Counted from the stretch's first letter, positions 37,416 to 48,208 are shown. The stretch is DNA of 64,000 nt from Nanohaloarchaea archaeon B1-Br10_U2g21 (GCA_001563915.1 LKMP01000002.1:42630-106629); one strand, 5' to 3'. The notes: a model not told the origin generated them from the letters alone. Made by a program: numbers and translations.

Positions 37416-39995
37416 ATGAAGTACCTGCTTAAACAACTCAAAGATAAATTTGAGTTAGAAAAAAATGACTTAAAATTCTCAGAATTGAACTATGAAGTTG
37501 GAAATACTGCAGGCATGGATGTTGCAGGAGGGGTGCCTTCAGAACTCGCTCTCAGAGTTGGAAGTTCAGCACAGAGAGGAGGAGGCGAGATGGAAATACA
37601 GATAACGAACCCAACAAGCTTTCATGTTGATAGAGAAGCATTATACACAATAGTGCAGCAACTAGGTCTTGATATTTCCATCCATAGCGAGCCCAACGTA
37701 GGTTATACTTCAGCATACAAAACCGGACAAGGTAGAGGATTTGATCCCACACATGAATACTTCACAAAGTATCTGCAGGAATTCGCATCTTGGAAGACTG
37801 AGGCAGAATCGCGCGAAGATCTTACATTCAATATTTCTAGAATTAATCCTCACGCATCTACCGATGAACGGCCTGCGCTACAAGAAAGAATGGAGCAAGA
37901 TGTTGGTTTAGACCCTTTCGGTCTAGATATATCAGATCTAAGCGACGAGAGATGGGAAGAACGAGATAATAGAGGAATCAATATATACAGGAATAAAAAG
38001 TTTCTTAGAGGGATTTACCGTACCTTATTCCTAAGAGAAGCTCGTTTCCCATTCGAACAGTATTCGACTTTCGCAGCTTATAGTGAGAAATTTGACAACT
38101 TCTGGAAAGATGCACAACAACAAGCAAGTTACGAAATATTTGTCAAGGAAACTGGTCCTGAAAACTACCCTGAGCTAAAAGATCAAGTAATGACTAAACT
38201 ATCCACTACCCAGAGCATACTAGTAAATGATCAGGGTCTTACTCTGGCTTGGAGAGAAATAGTAAATGATACTCCTTTAGATAACGAGTTAAAACTCCCT
38301 CAGACAGAAGAGCTAGAATTAGACAGCGCCTCAACCCTTAGCGAACTAAATAGGGTTACAAGCACTCTAGGAGGCGTAAATATTTTTGAGTTGAGAAAGC
38401 TAACAGAGTATGTATATAGTATAGAAGAAAATGCGCTGACAGAAATATTAAGACAAGAAAATACAGAGCCTGAAAAGACCATTCTTAAAGCTCTTAGAGA
38501 TGCATTGAACAATTTATGGAATCCGAACAAGTTTGAAGACTCTAATATTTCTATAGATGGGAAAATGCGAGGCCTCACGAATCATTTGGAGATACAACAG
38601 CTCAGAATTATTGAACGAGCTTATGATATAGGACTTGAAGGTAAAAGTTACAGAGTAAACGGCGACCTAGTGGATATTGAGGAAGCAGCTGAAAGAGTCT
38701 TCAGCGGAGATCCAGAAATGTATGAGACGCAGGACGATAAAGGACCTGAAGCACGTCACGTTGATATGGTGAAAAGAATTTTGCAGAATCAGCAGTTCCA
38801 GAGACAAATGTGGCAGGAGTCAGTGATTTTTTATCAAGTGATGCCTGTATGGATGAAGTACTCATCAGAACAAGAAAAAAGCGAAGCTGGAGATATAGTC
38901 CACAGAGGTTTTGAAGCTCCTCGTTTCATATGGGAAACACTTGTAGAACGAAAATGGGGATCTATTGAATTTGAAGATAATTACTTTGAACGGCTTGAGT
39001 CTAGTCTAGAGTTCCGAGAAGATGTTGCAGCCGCAACAGGAGCATGTTATATTTGGAGCCATTTTACTCAGGTCAAAAGCCGTTTCAACGTAGAAGATTC
39101 ATGGCTCAAGGAAGGCTTGGGTCTCGAAGAGGAAGATAACATAATAGACGAAATTGAAGAACACGGATGGTCTTGGGTCAGATGGATGAACGAGTTCGGA
39201 ATAGGTGTGAATATCGAAGCTATGGCTGGTAGCTCTAATCAGGTACTGAAGGTATGGAAACCTAAAGATATAGTAGCAGCTTGCAGAGCAATAAACATAA
39301 CAGCTCGAAATCATTTCAACGAAATCCATGAAGATCTAGATGACTGTCCTGCAAAGTTCACGATAGACATGGAACATACCGCATCTTTTGGAACTGACCC
39401 ATGGCTACACATGGAGGACTTAATAGAGCAAGAGAAATGGCTTGCTGACTCTGAATGGGCTGAAAAAATCCCTGTAAATAAAGAAAAACCTCTAGCAAAA
39501 ATGGTGAGGATGTATCACCTTACAAAACCGGGTTTTGAAACTACTCAAGGAGTAGGCCATCTGCATGGACCTTTCAGAGAGGGAGATGTACAGCTATATA
39601 CATGGCTGTATAAAATGGTGGCTAATGGATTCTGTCAAAATCCTGGAGAAAGAGCATCAATAATGTATGAGATAGGCGGCGACCAAATGGGAACAGTAAG
39701 GCAGGCCAGACTCACGATGAATATGATAGAGTTGGGACTTTCCCCTGATGACCTTGATCCTGCTAAAATAGATCCTGGTAAAGAGTATCAGTCAGAAGAG
39801 GATGCCCTAATGGCAAGGTTCTTCGGTATGGACTTGCCCTCCTTCAACAGAGAGTGGGCGAAGATCGAGAATCATGCTTTCGATCCTTTGAAAGGTCTCT
39901 TAGAGACTCCGGAATTTGACTACACGTTCTCAAGTCTTGCTGCCATAAAGAATGATAATAATCCTGGAGAATTCCAAAACGAAGAATATCGTTAG
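37416..39995 (+). CDS. EndoIV/xylose-isomerase-like TIM-barrel metallohydrolase with large insertion
   Basis: Ordered motifs ISIH, NPH, NIE, DMEH, MYHL, HLH, MYEIG. Confidence 0.72.
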   Translation: MKYLLKQLKDKFELEKNDLKFSELNYEVGNTAGMDVAGGVPSELALRVGSSAQRGGGEMEIQITNPTSFHVDREALYTIVQQLGLDISIHSEPNVGYTSAYKTGQGRGFDPTHEYFTKYLQEFASWKTEAESREDLTFNISRINPHASTDERPALQERMEQDVGLDPFGLDISDLSDERWEERDNRGINIYRNKKFLRGIYRTLFLREARFPFEQYSTFAAYSEKFDNFWKDAQQQASYEIFVKETGPENYPELKDQVMTKLSTTQSILVNDQGLTLAWREIVNDTPLDNELKLPQTEELELDSASTLSELNRVTSTLGGVNIFELRKLTEYVYSIEENALTEILRQENTEPEKTILKALRDALNNLWNPNKFEDSNISIDGKMRGLTNHLEIQQLRIIERAYDIGLEGKSYRVNGDLVDIEEAAERVFSGDPEMYETQDDKGPEARHVDMVKRILQNQQFQRQMWQESVIFYQVMPVWMKYSSEQEKSEAGDIVHRGFEAPRFIWETLVERKWGSIEFEDNYFERLESSLEFREDVAAATGACYIWSHFTQVKSRFNVEDSWLKEGLGLEEEDNIIDEIEEHGWSWVRWMNEFGIGVNIEAMAGSSNQVLKVWKPKDIVAACRAINITARNHFNEIHEDLDDCPAKFTIDMEHTASFGTDPWLHMEDLIEQEKWLADSEWAEKIPVNKEKPLAKMVRMYHLTKPGFETTQGVGHLHGPFREGDVQLYTWLYKMVANGFCQNPGERASIMYEIGGDQMGTVRQARLTMNMIELGLSPDDLDPAKIDPGKEYQSEEDALMARFFGMDLPSFNREWAKIENHAFDPLKGLLETPEFDYTFSSLAAIKNDNNPGEFQNEEYR

Positions 39996-40630
39996 AAACG
40001 AGGGCCTCCTCTCCTCCAATCGGCAATTTTTCTACCTAGTTCTTTCCCTTCTGCCCAAAACTCCCAGTTTAAAGGCAATTTTTCTAATTTTTCTCCGGCA
40101 GAACCAAGTATTTTCAGGTATTTTTCCTCAGGAAAGTCTTTATCTACCGTATTAGCCGAAAGAACCACGAAATCATCTTGGTCGAAGGCTCTACTTATAC
40201 TTTCCACACCTTCAGCATGATAATCACTTGTTATATGTATTCTACCTGTGCCTGCTTCTCTGTTATATGGCTTATTCAGTTCATCTTCAGTTATTTTAGG
40301 GCTAATAAAGTTAACAGATTTCTCGTATATAGAGTCCGATTCATTTATGTTATCTCGAAATTGTTCAGGAGCATGAAACTGAGGATTACGACCTTGACTT
40401 TGCAGATAGAACGCTACTGTTTCAAATAAATCATATCTCAAGTCGTCTTCTTCAGTAGAAGGACTTCCATGCAGAATTATCTCATCAAAATCAGTAAAAG
40501 CCGTCCCATATTCAAAGTCATCCACAATATCAGTCAATTCTTTATCTGATAGAGCTTCATCACTAGTATAAGCAGAAATACTTTTACCGATCTCTGACTT
40601 AGCCTTATTGACAGCGCGCTTATCTACCAT
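39992..40630 (-). CDS. hypothetical protein, weak YdcF/DUF218 resemblance
   Basis: IILHG ... IHITSDYH. Confidence 0.6.
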   Translation of the reverse strand: MVDKRAVNKAKSEIGKSISAYTSDEALSDKELTDIVDDFEYGTAFTDFDEIILHGSPSTEEDDLRYDLFETVAFYLQSQGRNPQFHAPEQFRDNINESDSIYEKSVNFISPKITEDELNKPYNREAGTGRIHITSDYHAEGVESISRAFDQDDFVVLSANTVDKDFPEEKYLKILGSAGEKLEKLPLNWEFWAEGKELGRKIADWRRGGPRF

Positions 40631-40693
40631 TAAGTGGCAGATACTGTATAAAGTTTTATAATCTTGGTGCGCAATTTCTTTCCGTGATTTGTA

Positions 40694-41902
40694 ATGAGCT
40701 CCAAGGACAAGCTTAAGGACATGCGAGAGAAATCAAAAGAAAGAAGAATCGAGGCTGTTGAGAACTTTTCAGACAGCCTAGTCGAAAAACTTGGAGACAA
40801 AGTAAAAGTAGTTGCTGTATGGGGCTCAGTTCCTAAAGGCGAACACGGATATGACAGCGATATAGACACATTAGTCATCCTTGATGACACAAAACTTGAG
40901 AAGGACGTACCTGATGACGCCAAACAAAAGATTCGCCGTAAAGTCACTCAACTAGCGAAAGATACTGATAATCGTATAACAATCCAGTATTTCCCATTTC
41001 TAACTGAGTTCTGGGATGCGTTGAGGAAAGGCGAACCTTTAGCAATAGAAGCTGTTAGAAATGGACATCCTGTATACGACACAGGCATATTCATGCCCTC
41101 AAAAAGACTGTTAGAAAGAGGGAAAATAACAGGCACACAAGAATCAGTCAGAAAGCGATTAAAAATAGGTGCTGCCCGTTATAAGAAAGCAGAAAAAGAA
41201 TTCAAGTCATCTATTCCTCACAAACTTGAACAAGCCATGGCTTCAGCAGGCCAGGCCCCAATAATGCTTACAGGGCGTAGCCCTCCTGGAAAAGAAAAAG
41301 TACCAGACGTATTGGAGGAAATGTTTGTAGAACAAGACATGCTTGAACAAGAATACGTAGACCTTGGTAACGAAATCTATGACTTCGGAGACATGGGAGA
41401 AAAAAATCCTGAGGATGTAACAGGTGAGATGGTAGAAGAACATTTGGAAAAAACAGATAAATTCATCCGTAGAATGCACAAGCTTGTTTCAGAGATGGGC
41501 GCCCGGAAAAAAGTCAAGAATATTATAGAAGACTATAAGCAATTCCTAAAAGCAAATGTGGCTGCTCTAAAATCTCAGGGAGTAGAACCTCCTGAAGATA
41601 AAGAGGATTTGCCTGGCGTAGTTGGAGAGCATCTAGATGTTGGAGAAGAACATGTAGAAATGTTTGACAAATGGAATAACATCATAGATAAAATAAGAGA
41701 CAAAGAACTGGAAAACGTGAACGAAAAAGAACTCTACGAGCTAAAGACAAACAGCAGAGAATTTATAACAGAAGTAGGCCGAGACCTTAGAGAAATGAAA
41801 GAAGCAGAAGCAGATATAGCTCCTGATGTGGATCCATCCGAAGTAGCAATGAGCGCAGGTAAAAAGAAAATGCCAGAGGCTGAAACAGAAGAAGAGGAAT
41901 AG
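40694..41902 (+). CDS. minimal nucleotidyltransferase fused to HEPN-like helical domains
   Basis: VWGSVPKG...SDIDTLVI; helical C-terminal half with internal duplication. Confidence 0.85.
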   Translation: MSSKDKLKDMREKSKERRIEAVENFSDSLVEKLGDKVKVVAVWGSVPKGEHGYDSDIDTLVILDDTKLEKDVPDDAKQKIRRKVTQLAKDTDNRITIQYFPFLTEFWDALRKGEPLAIEAVRNGHPVYDTGIFMPSKRLLERGKITGTQESVRKRLKIGAARYKKAEKEFKSSIPHKLEQAMASAGQAPIMLTGRSPPGKEKVPDVLEEMFVEQDMLEQEYVDLGNEIYDFGDMGEKNPEDVTGEMVEEHLEKTDKFIRRMHKLVSEMGARKKVKNIIEDYKQFLKANVAALKSQGVEPPEDKEDLPGVVGEHLDVGEEHVEMFDKWNNIIDKIRDKELENVNEKELYELKTNSREFITEVGRDLREMKEAEADIAPDVDPSEVAMSAGKKKMPEAETEEEE

Positions 41903-41956
41903 AGTACTAATTTTTCTTCTTCTCTGCACGGAAACACATGGTAACCGATATGTAGA

Positions 41957-42589
41957 CTAAGCCTCTTCTTCCTGCATTTCTTTAATTTTCTTCATTCTGA
42001 ACGTTTCTTCTCTTTCACGTTCTTCTAGCAGTTGTGATACCATATCTAGGCCTTCTTGCATCTCAGGAATAATCTTGTGCTCTAACGCGTTAACACGCCT
42101 CTTAGTTTTTTCTATTTCGTTAAGTAGTCGAATAATTTTGGTCTGCGTTTCTGCTGCATCGACCACTTTTTCGACTAATTCTTCGAATTTTTCAGCTGTG
42201 GCGTCAATACGTGAAGATGAATGGTTCAATCCGTAATCTCTGTCGGTTATATGTTGTTTCACTTCTACGGACTCAATTTCCGGGACTTTAACCCCCATTA
42301 TATTCTGTTCCTCTAAACCTATCTTTGATCCATTTCCATTGGTCAGCGCATTAGCTCTTAGGGCTGATTCTCCATCGTAAACCTGTGTGAGAACCAGTTT
42401 AAGCTGGGCTTCTGAAAAGAGTTCGGCGAGTTCTTGGTTAACATCCTGTGCGTCGCCTACCACTTCCATAAACTCGTGAATTAAGCCATCTCGTTTCTGT
42501 TCAAGGATTGAATGACCGTTTTCTGCAAGTTCAATCTGTTCCTTTAAACGAAGTTCTTCTGATCTAGTAGGTTTTATGTCCTGTGCCAT
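41957..42589 (-). CDS. atpD: A-type ATP synthase subunit D
   Basis: KPTRSE, LEQKRDGL, NIMGV, EIEKTKRRVNALE. Confidence 0.97.
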   Translation of the reverse strand: MAQDIKPTRSEELRLKEQIELAENGHSILEQKRDGLIHEFMEVVGDAQDVNQELAELFSEAQLKLVLTQVYDGESALRANALTNGNGSKIGLEEQNIMGVKVPEIESVEVKQHITDRDYGLNHSSSRIDATAEKFEELVEKVVDAAETQTKIIRLLNEIEKTKRRVNALEHKIIPEMQEGLDMVSQLLEEREREETFRMKKIKEMQEEEA

Positions 42590-42593
42590 TTTA

Positions 42594-43976
42594 TCAAAGG
42601 TCTGCTTGTCGATCTTCGAGTTTTTCTTCTCTGAGTTCTGGATCTATTCTTGTCAGCTCATCAGAGGGTACTAATGAAAGCAAATCCCAGGCAAGCTCTA
42701 AAGAGTCTTGAATTGTCCTATTCTTATCGAATCCTTGGTTCACGAAGTGTTCCTCAAATTTTTCTGTGAATTTTAAGACTCTTTCATCCCTGTCGCTTAA
42801 TGCATCTTCTCCGACAATCGCTACAAGATCTCTTAGATCTTGTCCTTCTGCATACAATGCATATAGCTGATCCTTGACATCTCCATGGTCTCCTCTAGTA
42901 TATCCTTCTCCAATTCCGTTGTCCATCAATCTGCTCAGTGAAGGAAGCACATCCACAGGAGGATTTCTATCCTGATTATCTAGTGCTCTATCAACTACAA
43001 TCTGTCCTTCTGTAATGTACCCTGTTAAATCCGGAATAGGATGTGTCATATCGTCTCCAACCATTGTGAGGATAGGTAGTTGAGTAACTGATCCTTGTTT
43101 TCCATCAATAATACCTGCTCTTTCATAGAGGTTTGCAAGATCAGTATACATGTATCCTGGATATCCTCTTCGGCCTGGTACTTCCTCTCTAGCGGCCGAA
43201 ACTTCACGCAGTGCGTTACAGTAATTAGTGATATCAGTCATAATGACTAATACTTCCATTCCTTTCTCAAAAGCAAGGTATTCTGCTGTTGTCAATGCCA
43301 TTCTTGGAGTAATAATTCTCTCAGGCGCAGGATCTGAAGCCTTGTTAAGAAACACTACTGATCTCTCTAGAGCCCCAGTTTCTTTGAACTCTTCAATGAA
43401 CTCTTGAGACTCTTCTTCTGTAATTCCCATTCCTGCAAAAACTACTGCGAACTCCTCATCACCTTGAATATCTGCCTGTCTTGCGATTTGCATCGCTAAT
43501 TCATTATGAGGTAGCCCTGATCCTGAGAATATAGGAAGTTTCTGGCCTCTTACCAATGTATTCATGACATCAATGGTTGAAACTCCTGTCTGGATGAAAT
43601 CTTCCGGTAATTCTCTTGAGTAGGGGTTTATTGCTTCTCCTACAATATCGACTTCGTCTTCAGGAATTACTTCTGGACCGCCATCTATTGGATCTCCTTT
43701 TCCGTCTAGCACTCTACCAAGTAAATCTTCTGTTACCGGCATCTTTACGTTCTGGTTCAGGAAACGCACTTTAGCGTCTTGTCCGATTCCTTGTGTCTCT
43801 TCATATACTTGCACGATCACTACATCTTTAGACGTTTCAAGGACTTCTCCTTGTTTGACATTTCCATTCGGTGTCTCGATTTCGACGATATCTCCATAGG
43901 CTATGTCCTCTGTCTTTTCTACAAAGACTAGAGGGCCTTTGACTTCGTTAATGGTCTTGTATTCTTGTTGTGGCAT
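42594..43976 (-). CDS. atpB: A-type ATP synthase subunit B
   Basis: [37 protein letters not shown]. Confidence 0.98.
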   Translation of the reverse strand: MPQQEYKTINEVKGPLVFVEKTEDIAYGDIVEIETPNGNVKQGEVLETSKDVVIVQVYEETQGIGQDAKVRFLNQNVKMPVTEDLLGRVLDGKGDPIDGGPEVIPEDEVDIVGEAINPYSRELPEDFIQTGVSTIDVMNTLVRGQKLPIFSGSGLPHNELAMQIARQADIQGDEEFAVVFAGMGITEEESQEFIEEFKETGALERSVVFLNKASDPAPERIITPRMALTTAEYLAFEKGMEVLVIMTDITNYCNALREVSAAREEVPGRRGYPGYMYTDLANLYERAGIIDGKQGSVTQLPILTMVGDDMTHPIPDLTGYITEGQIVVDRALDNQDRNPPVDVLPSLSRLMDNGIGEGYTRGDHGDVKDQLYALYAEGQDLRDLVAIVGEDALSDRDERVLKFTEKFEEHFVNQGFDKNRTIQDSLELAWDLLSLVPSDELTRIDPELREEKLEDRQADL

Positions 43977-43980
43977 AGTA

Positions 43981-44535
43981 TTAATTCTCCTCCGCGTAAT
44001 TTATTCTCATTGCTTCAATAGCGTTCAGCTTTTCAATAGCATCATATATGTGGCCTTCTCCTAAGGCTACTTCAGTAGTTATTCTACCCGCCTGTTTCTT
44101 ACTACATTCTAGATCACAATGAGATTCAAAGTAATGTAGCGCCGTATTTTGCAGGTTTTCTCTACTATCTCTGTAAACTTGTGAACTCCGTTCATGCTCC
44201 TTTTGGACTTCATAAAACTCTAGCGCGGCCTGTTTAACGGGTTCAGCCGGAAAATGAGAAAATTCTGAATTCAAAACATGTAATGCATCAAGTTTCAGTT
44301 TAGCTTCGTCAATATCTCCTATTACTGCATCTACAGCTATTTCTGAGGCCTGACGTTCTGCATGAGTTTCATCATAACCAGAATCTACTAGATAATCTAA
44401 TACTTGTTGTTCTAGCTCTTGTCTTTGATCCCAGGATTCTTGACTGCGTCCAAACTCTTGTCTAGCTGTTAGTGTTTGTTCTGCGACATGCTTCAATCCT
44501 GAAATATTTGCGGCTGCAGGTTCAGCACTCATCAC
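43981..44535 (-). CDS. hypothetical two-repeat helical protein inside the ATP synthase operon
   Basis: 184-aa acidic ORF, co-oriented, overlapping the atpA stop and ending 4 nt before atpB. Confidence 0.8.
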   Translation of the reverse strand: MMSAEPAAANISGLKHVAEQTLTARQEFGRSQESWDQRQELEQQVLDYLVDSGYDETHAERQASEIAVDAVIGDIDEAKLKLDALHVLNSEFSHFPAEPVKQAALEFYEVQKEHERSSQVYRDSRENLQNTALHYFESHCDLECSKKQAGRITTEVALGEGHIYDAIEKLNAIEAMRINYAEEN

Positions 44536-46259
44536 TTGCTTACCTCTTCAAATTCTTCTTTCATCTGGTTTTTCAGATCTTTTTTCACGTCTAAGAATTC
44601 TTCGCTTGTCTTCATTTCACTGATTCTGTTCTTAGAGTCTATTGAAATGATGTCTTCTACAACTGCGCCATCTTCTAGAGCATCGTAAGCTTGATCAGCC
44701 CAGTGCAAAATTAATTCCAGTATGTGGTACGTTTTCTCAGGACTACTGTACTGATCTACAGGATGGAATGCGTTCTGCTGCAGGTAGAACTGTTTTATTA
44801 AAGTTCCAATTTCTAGAGTTAGACGCTCTCTATCTGGAAGCGCGTCTTTACCAACGAGTTGAACAGTTTCCTGTAGTTCACCATCTTTTTGCAGTATATC
44901 TCTCATTCTCTGGATATTGTCTTGCCAATCGCTATTTACTTCTCCCTCAAAGTGGTCAGAAAGTTTTGCTCCATAACCAGAGTAAGAATCATCCCAAGAA
45001 ATAGATGGGAAGTGTCTCTTTTCTGCTAGACCTGTATCTAGGGCCCAAAAGTTCTTTACTACTCTTAACGTGTTTTGAGTCACTGGCTCAGAGAAGTCTC
45101 CTCCCGGGGGGCTTACCGCTCCTACAATTGATACTGATCCAGGATTTTCAGGACCAAGAGGTGTTACTCTTCCTGCTCGTTCATAGAATTCTGCAAGTCT
45201 CGAAGATAGATATGCTGGGTAACCTCTTTCTCCAGGCATTTCTTCAAGTCGAGCGGATACTTCACGCATTGCTTCTGCCCATCGGGATGTTGAGTCTGCC
45301 ATCAGCGCCACATCTAATCCCATATCACGGAAGTACTCCGCAATTGTCACACCTGTATAAATAGACGCTTCTCTTGCTGCTACAGGCATATTTGAAGTGT
45401 TTGCGATTAATACGGTACGATTAATGATTTTGTCTCCTGTTTGAGGATCTTCAAGTTCCGGAAACTCTTCCAGCACTTCTGTCATCTCATTTCCACGTTC
45501 TCCGCATCCAATATAGACAATAATGTCTGCATCAGAGAACTTTGCTAATGACTGCTGTGTAACAGTTTTTCCTGTTCCGAATCCTCCCGGTACTGCGGCC
45601 GTACCTCCTTTTGCCAGAGGGAATAATCCGTCAAGAACTCTCTGTCCTGTTACCAAAGGCACCTCTGGTTTTAGATCTTTACCCACAGGTCTTGCATCTC
45701 TGATAGGCCATTCCTGTCTCATAGCGATCTCTTCGCCATTATCTAGTTCAACTACAGTTTCTTTTACTGTATGTTCCCCAGAGCTAAAATCTGTTACTTC
45801 TCCTCCTTCAAAATTAGGAGGCACCATTACTTTGTGTTTACCGTAAGTCACTTCTACTGTTCCTACTACATCTCCAGGTTTTACTTCATCACCTACTTCG
45901 ACGCGAGGCGAGAAATCGTACTCTGCTTCAGGATTAATTCCTGGCGCATCTTCTCCTCTCTCTATGAAGTCTCCGCTGAGTTCTTGTAGTTCTACTAGAG
46001 GTCTCTGTAGTCCGTCATAGATTGAGCCGAGAAGACCTGGTCCTAATTCCACAGAAAGCGGTTGTTCAGTGTTTTCTACTGGTTCCCCAGGTTTCACTCC
46101 TGTTGTGTCTTCGTAGACTTGGATGTAGCACTTTTCGCCTTCTATTTGAATTACTTCTCCCATTAATCCTTCGTCACCAACAGAAACCACGTCATACATC
46201 TGCGGTTCCATGTCTGTCGCAACTACAACAGGTCCTGCCACTTTGTAGATTTCTCCCAT
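44532..46259 (-). CDS. atpA: A-type ATP synthase subunit A (no intein)
   Basis: [33 protein letters not shown]. Confidence 0.98.
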   Translation of the reverse strand: MGEIYKVAGPVVVATDMEPQMYDVVSVGDEGLMGEVIQIEGEKCYIQVYEDTTGVKPGEPVENTEQPLSVELGPGLLGSIYDGLQRPLVELQELSGDFIERGEDAPGINPEAEYDFSPRVEVGDEVKPGDVVGTVEVTYGKHKVMVPPNFEGGEVTDFSSGEHTVKETVVELDNGEEIAMRQEWPIRDARPVGKDLKPEVPLVTGQRVLDGLFPLAKGGTAAVPGGFGTGKTVTQQSLAKFSDADIIVYIGCGERGNEMTEVLEEFPELEDPQTGDKIINRTVLIANTSNMPVAAREASIYTGVTIAEYFRDMGLDVALMADSTSRWAEAMREVSARLEEMPGERGYPAYLSSRLAEFYERAGRVTPLGPENPGSVSIVGAVSPPGGDFSEPVTQNTLRVVKNFWALDTGLAEKRHFPSISWDDSYSGYGAKLSDHFEGEVNSDWQDNIQRMRDILQKDGELQETVQLVGKDALPDRERLTLEIGTLIKQFYLQQNAFHPVDQYSSPEKTYHILELILHWADQAYDALEDGAVVEDIISIDSKNRISEMKTSEEFLDVKKDLKNQMKEEFEEVSK

Positions 46260-46351
46260 CAGAGAACACCTCTGTGTTCTTCTGTTCCGAGCAGATTAAT
46301 CATCTGCGTGTTTTTATTCCTCATTGTTTGTGTTTCACCTTTAATATTCAT
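46259..46351 (-). CDS. putative 21-30 aa mini-ORF between atpF and atpA
   Basis: [30 protein letters not shown]; ATGA overlap with atpF stop, TGATG overlap with atpA start, AGGTGA SD before the second ATG (46324). Confidence 0.4.
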   Translation of the reverse strand: MNIKGETQTMRNKNTQMINLLGTEEHRGVL

Positions 46352-46656
46352 TTTGTAATGTCAGCTCCGATAGCAGTCTTAATTTTTTCTTGAAGTCTCT
46401 GGCTTTCAGCTTCTTCTGATAGACCTATTACTACTGGATCAACCGAAGCTTCAATTTTTTGCCTTGTCTGTTTTCTTGTCTCTTGAATTAGCGATTCTTC
46501 TGTAATTATAATTCCCAGTTCTGAATCTTCCAGAAGCTCTTCCAATTTTTCATCGATGTTTTCTGGAGTGTAAGTTTTTTGTATCCCTGCTAGTCTGAAA
46601 CCTAGAGTAAATTTTTCGGTTCCTACTACTGCGATATCTTTCTTTTCTTCTTCCAT
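46348..46656 (-). CDS. atpF: A-type ATP synthase subunit F
   Basis: IAVVG...GFRLAGI, IKTAIGADI. Confidence 0.95.
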   Translation of the reverse strand: MEEEKKDIAVVGTEKFTLGFRLAGIQKTYTPENIDEKLEELLEDSELGIIITEESLIQETRKQTRQKIEASVDPVVIGLSEEAESQRLQEKIKTAIGADITK

Positions 46657-46662
46657 TTTTTA

Positions 46663-47640
46663 TCACATTAAGACAAGATTTTTTCTGATTGTTTCGCGGT
46701 TTTGAATTCCTGTTTCTTTTGCTCTTACAATCATCCTCAAGTTCTCTATCTCTACTTCTTTTGCTACTATATAACCTACAACTGTAGATAAACCTAGAGG
46801 CTCGCGATGCATAGTTTTTAAAGCCTCTGTAAGACGTTTCTGCTCTATTGAGTGCTCTAACTCTTCTAATGTTTCTCCTTCCGCCCCTGTTAATTCTTTA
46901 ACTTTTTCTATGACCTCACCATAGTTCTCAAGGTCTAACAAATCTTTTACTTTCTTATCATCAGCGCATGTTAGTTCCGGCAGGATTTCTGATTGATCTA
47001 GACCGTGTTTTTTCAGTCTAAGAATAATCTTGAGATCTCTGTAGAGTAGTTCTGTTTCTACAAAGTTTTTGAACTCTTTACTCCGTGTTCTCGATGCTAG
47101 GCTCCTTAAATCTTCCGCATAGGCCTGATCAAGTTTTCTTTCTATTTCGTCGAGTGACTCATCATCCTTGATTTTTGCTTGGTAGTCTACGGATGAGTCT
47201 TCAAATACTATGCGTTCTTTCAGTTCTTCAAAACTCAACGCTTCTATTTCTTCAGAACTTAGTTCAATAGTATCTATAGGATAGATTATGTTCTCTAATT
47301 CTTCATCAGACTTGCTTTCTTTCCACCTTAAAATTCTTTTATAGTTAAGAATATCGAATCTTCTAGTATAAGCTGTAATAATTGGTTTTGCATCTTCTGA
47401 GGAGATCTTAACTAAATGCGTCAATGTATTAGATAAATTCAGGTTTATGGCTCTTTCAATCAGATTGGCTCCGTCAAAATCAGATCCAAACTCGTTTATC
47501 TCATTACTGTAATCTCCTTCTTCCATTTTCCTTGATATTTCATTTACCTGCATCTTCAGCAGATTATCATACTCACTCTCACCATAGAGTTTTGCCTTTT
47601 TTGCAGAGACTCTAGCACACATGTAAGGATAATCTTTCAT
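46663..47640 (-). CDS. atpC: A-type ATP synthase subunit C
   Basis: YPYMCARV, KEVEIENLRMI. Confidence 0.92.
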   Translation of the reverse strand: MKDYPYMCARVSAKKAKLYGESEYDNLLKMQVNEISRKMEEGDYSNEINEFGSDFDGANLIERAINLNLSNTLTHLVKISSEDAKPIITAYTRRFDILNYKRILRWKESKSDEELENIIYPIDTIELSSEEIEALSFEELKERIVFEDSSVDYQAKIKDDESLDEIERKLDQAYAEDLRSLASRTRSKEFKNFVETELLYRDLKIILRLKKHGLDQSEILPELTCADDKKVKDLLDLENYGEVIEKVKELTGAEGETLEELEHSIEQKRLTEALKTMHREPLGLSTVVGYIVAKEVEIENLRMIVRAKETGIQNRETIRKNLVLM

Positions 47641-48182
47641 CCTTCAACCTCCCTAAACAGAGTTTGAGAAACTTTACCACGGTATTTCTTCCTGTACTCC
47701 GAAACAATTCGATCATACGAAAGATTCAACGACTTAGAGCCATCACTGTTCTCAAGTATAAGACCTTTTTCATTCATTCCCTCATATCGATCACCGACTA
47801 CAGATTCAAATTCTTCCGACGCTCTTATAGTTGCAACTTTGAAATCTGCAGAGTCTTCTGCGTTCTCAAGTAACTCTTCTTTCTGGTTCGCTGTAAGATT
47901 CTCTAGTTCTTCTCTGAATTTTTCGAAGAGCTTGCCCATTTCTCGCTGTTTAGCCTCTTGCACTTTTTTCTTTGCTTCCATGCGTGCCTGAGAAATAGTT
48001 TTTCTTTCTAGTTCACTTCTTTCCTCTTCAGTTTCGTTTTTCACCCTTTCTTCAATCTTACCAGCCTCTTCTTTTGCTTCTTCCAGTATTTCTTCTGCCT
48101 CTTCTTCAGAGTCATTTTTTATCTCTGAGGCCTGCTTCTCTGCCTCGTTCAAGATTTCGTCTTTTACCTGTTCTAGTCCCAT
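47637..48182 (-). CDS. atpE: A-type ATP synthase subunit E
   Basis: MGLEQVKDEILNEA coiled coil; operon position. Confidence 0.9.
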   Translation of the reverse strand: MGLEQVKDEILNEAEKQASEIKNDSEEEAEEILEEAKEEAGKIEERVKNETEEERSELERKTISQARMEAKKKVQEAKQREMGKLFEKFREELENLTANQKEELLENAEDSADFKVATIRASEEFESVVGDRYEGMNEKGLILENSDGSKSLNLSYDRIVSEYRKKYRGKVSQTLFREVEG

Positions 48183-48208
48183 AGTATTGTGTTAAATAAA
48201 GTAATGGC

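Noticed and set aside
40694-41902. Classical MNT-HEPN toxin-antitoxin pair
   Set aside because: Single fused protein with no RxxxxH RNase motif and no adjacent toxin gene
44532-46259. Intein in atpA
   Set aside because: Normal length (575 aa) with continuous P-loop and GCGERGNE regions
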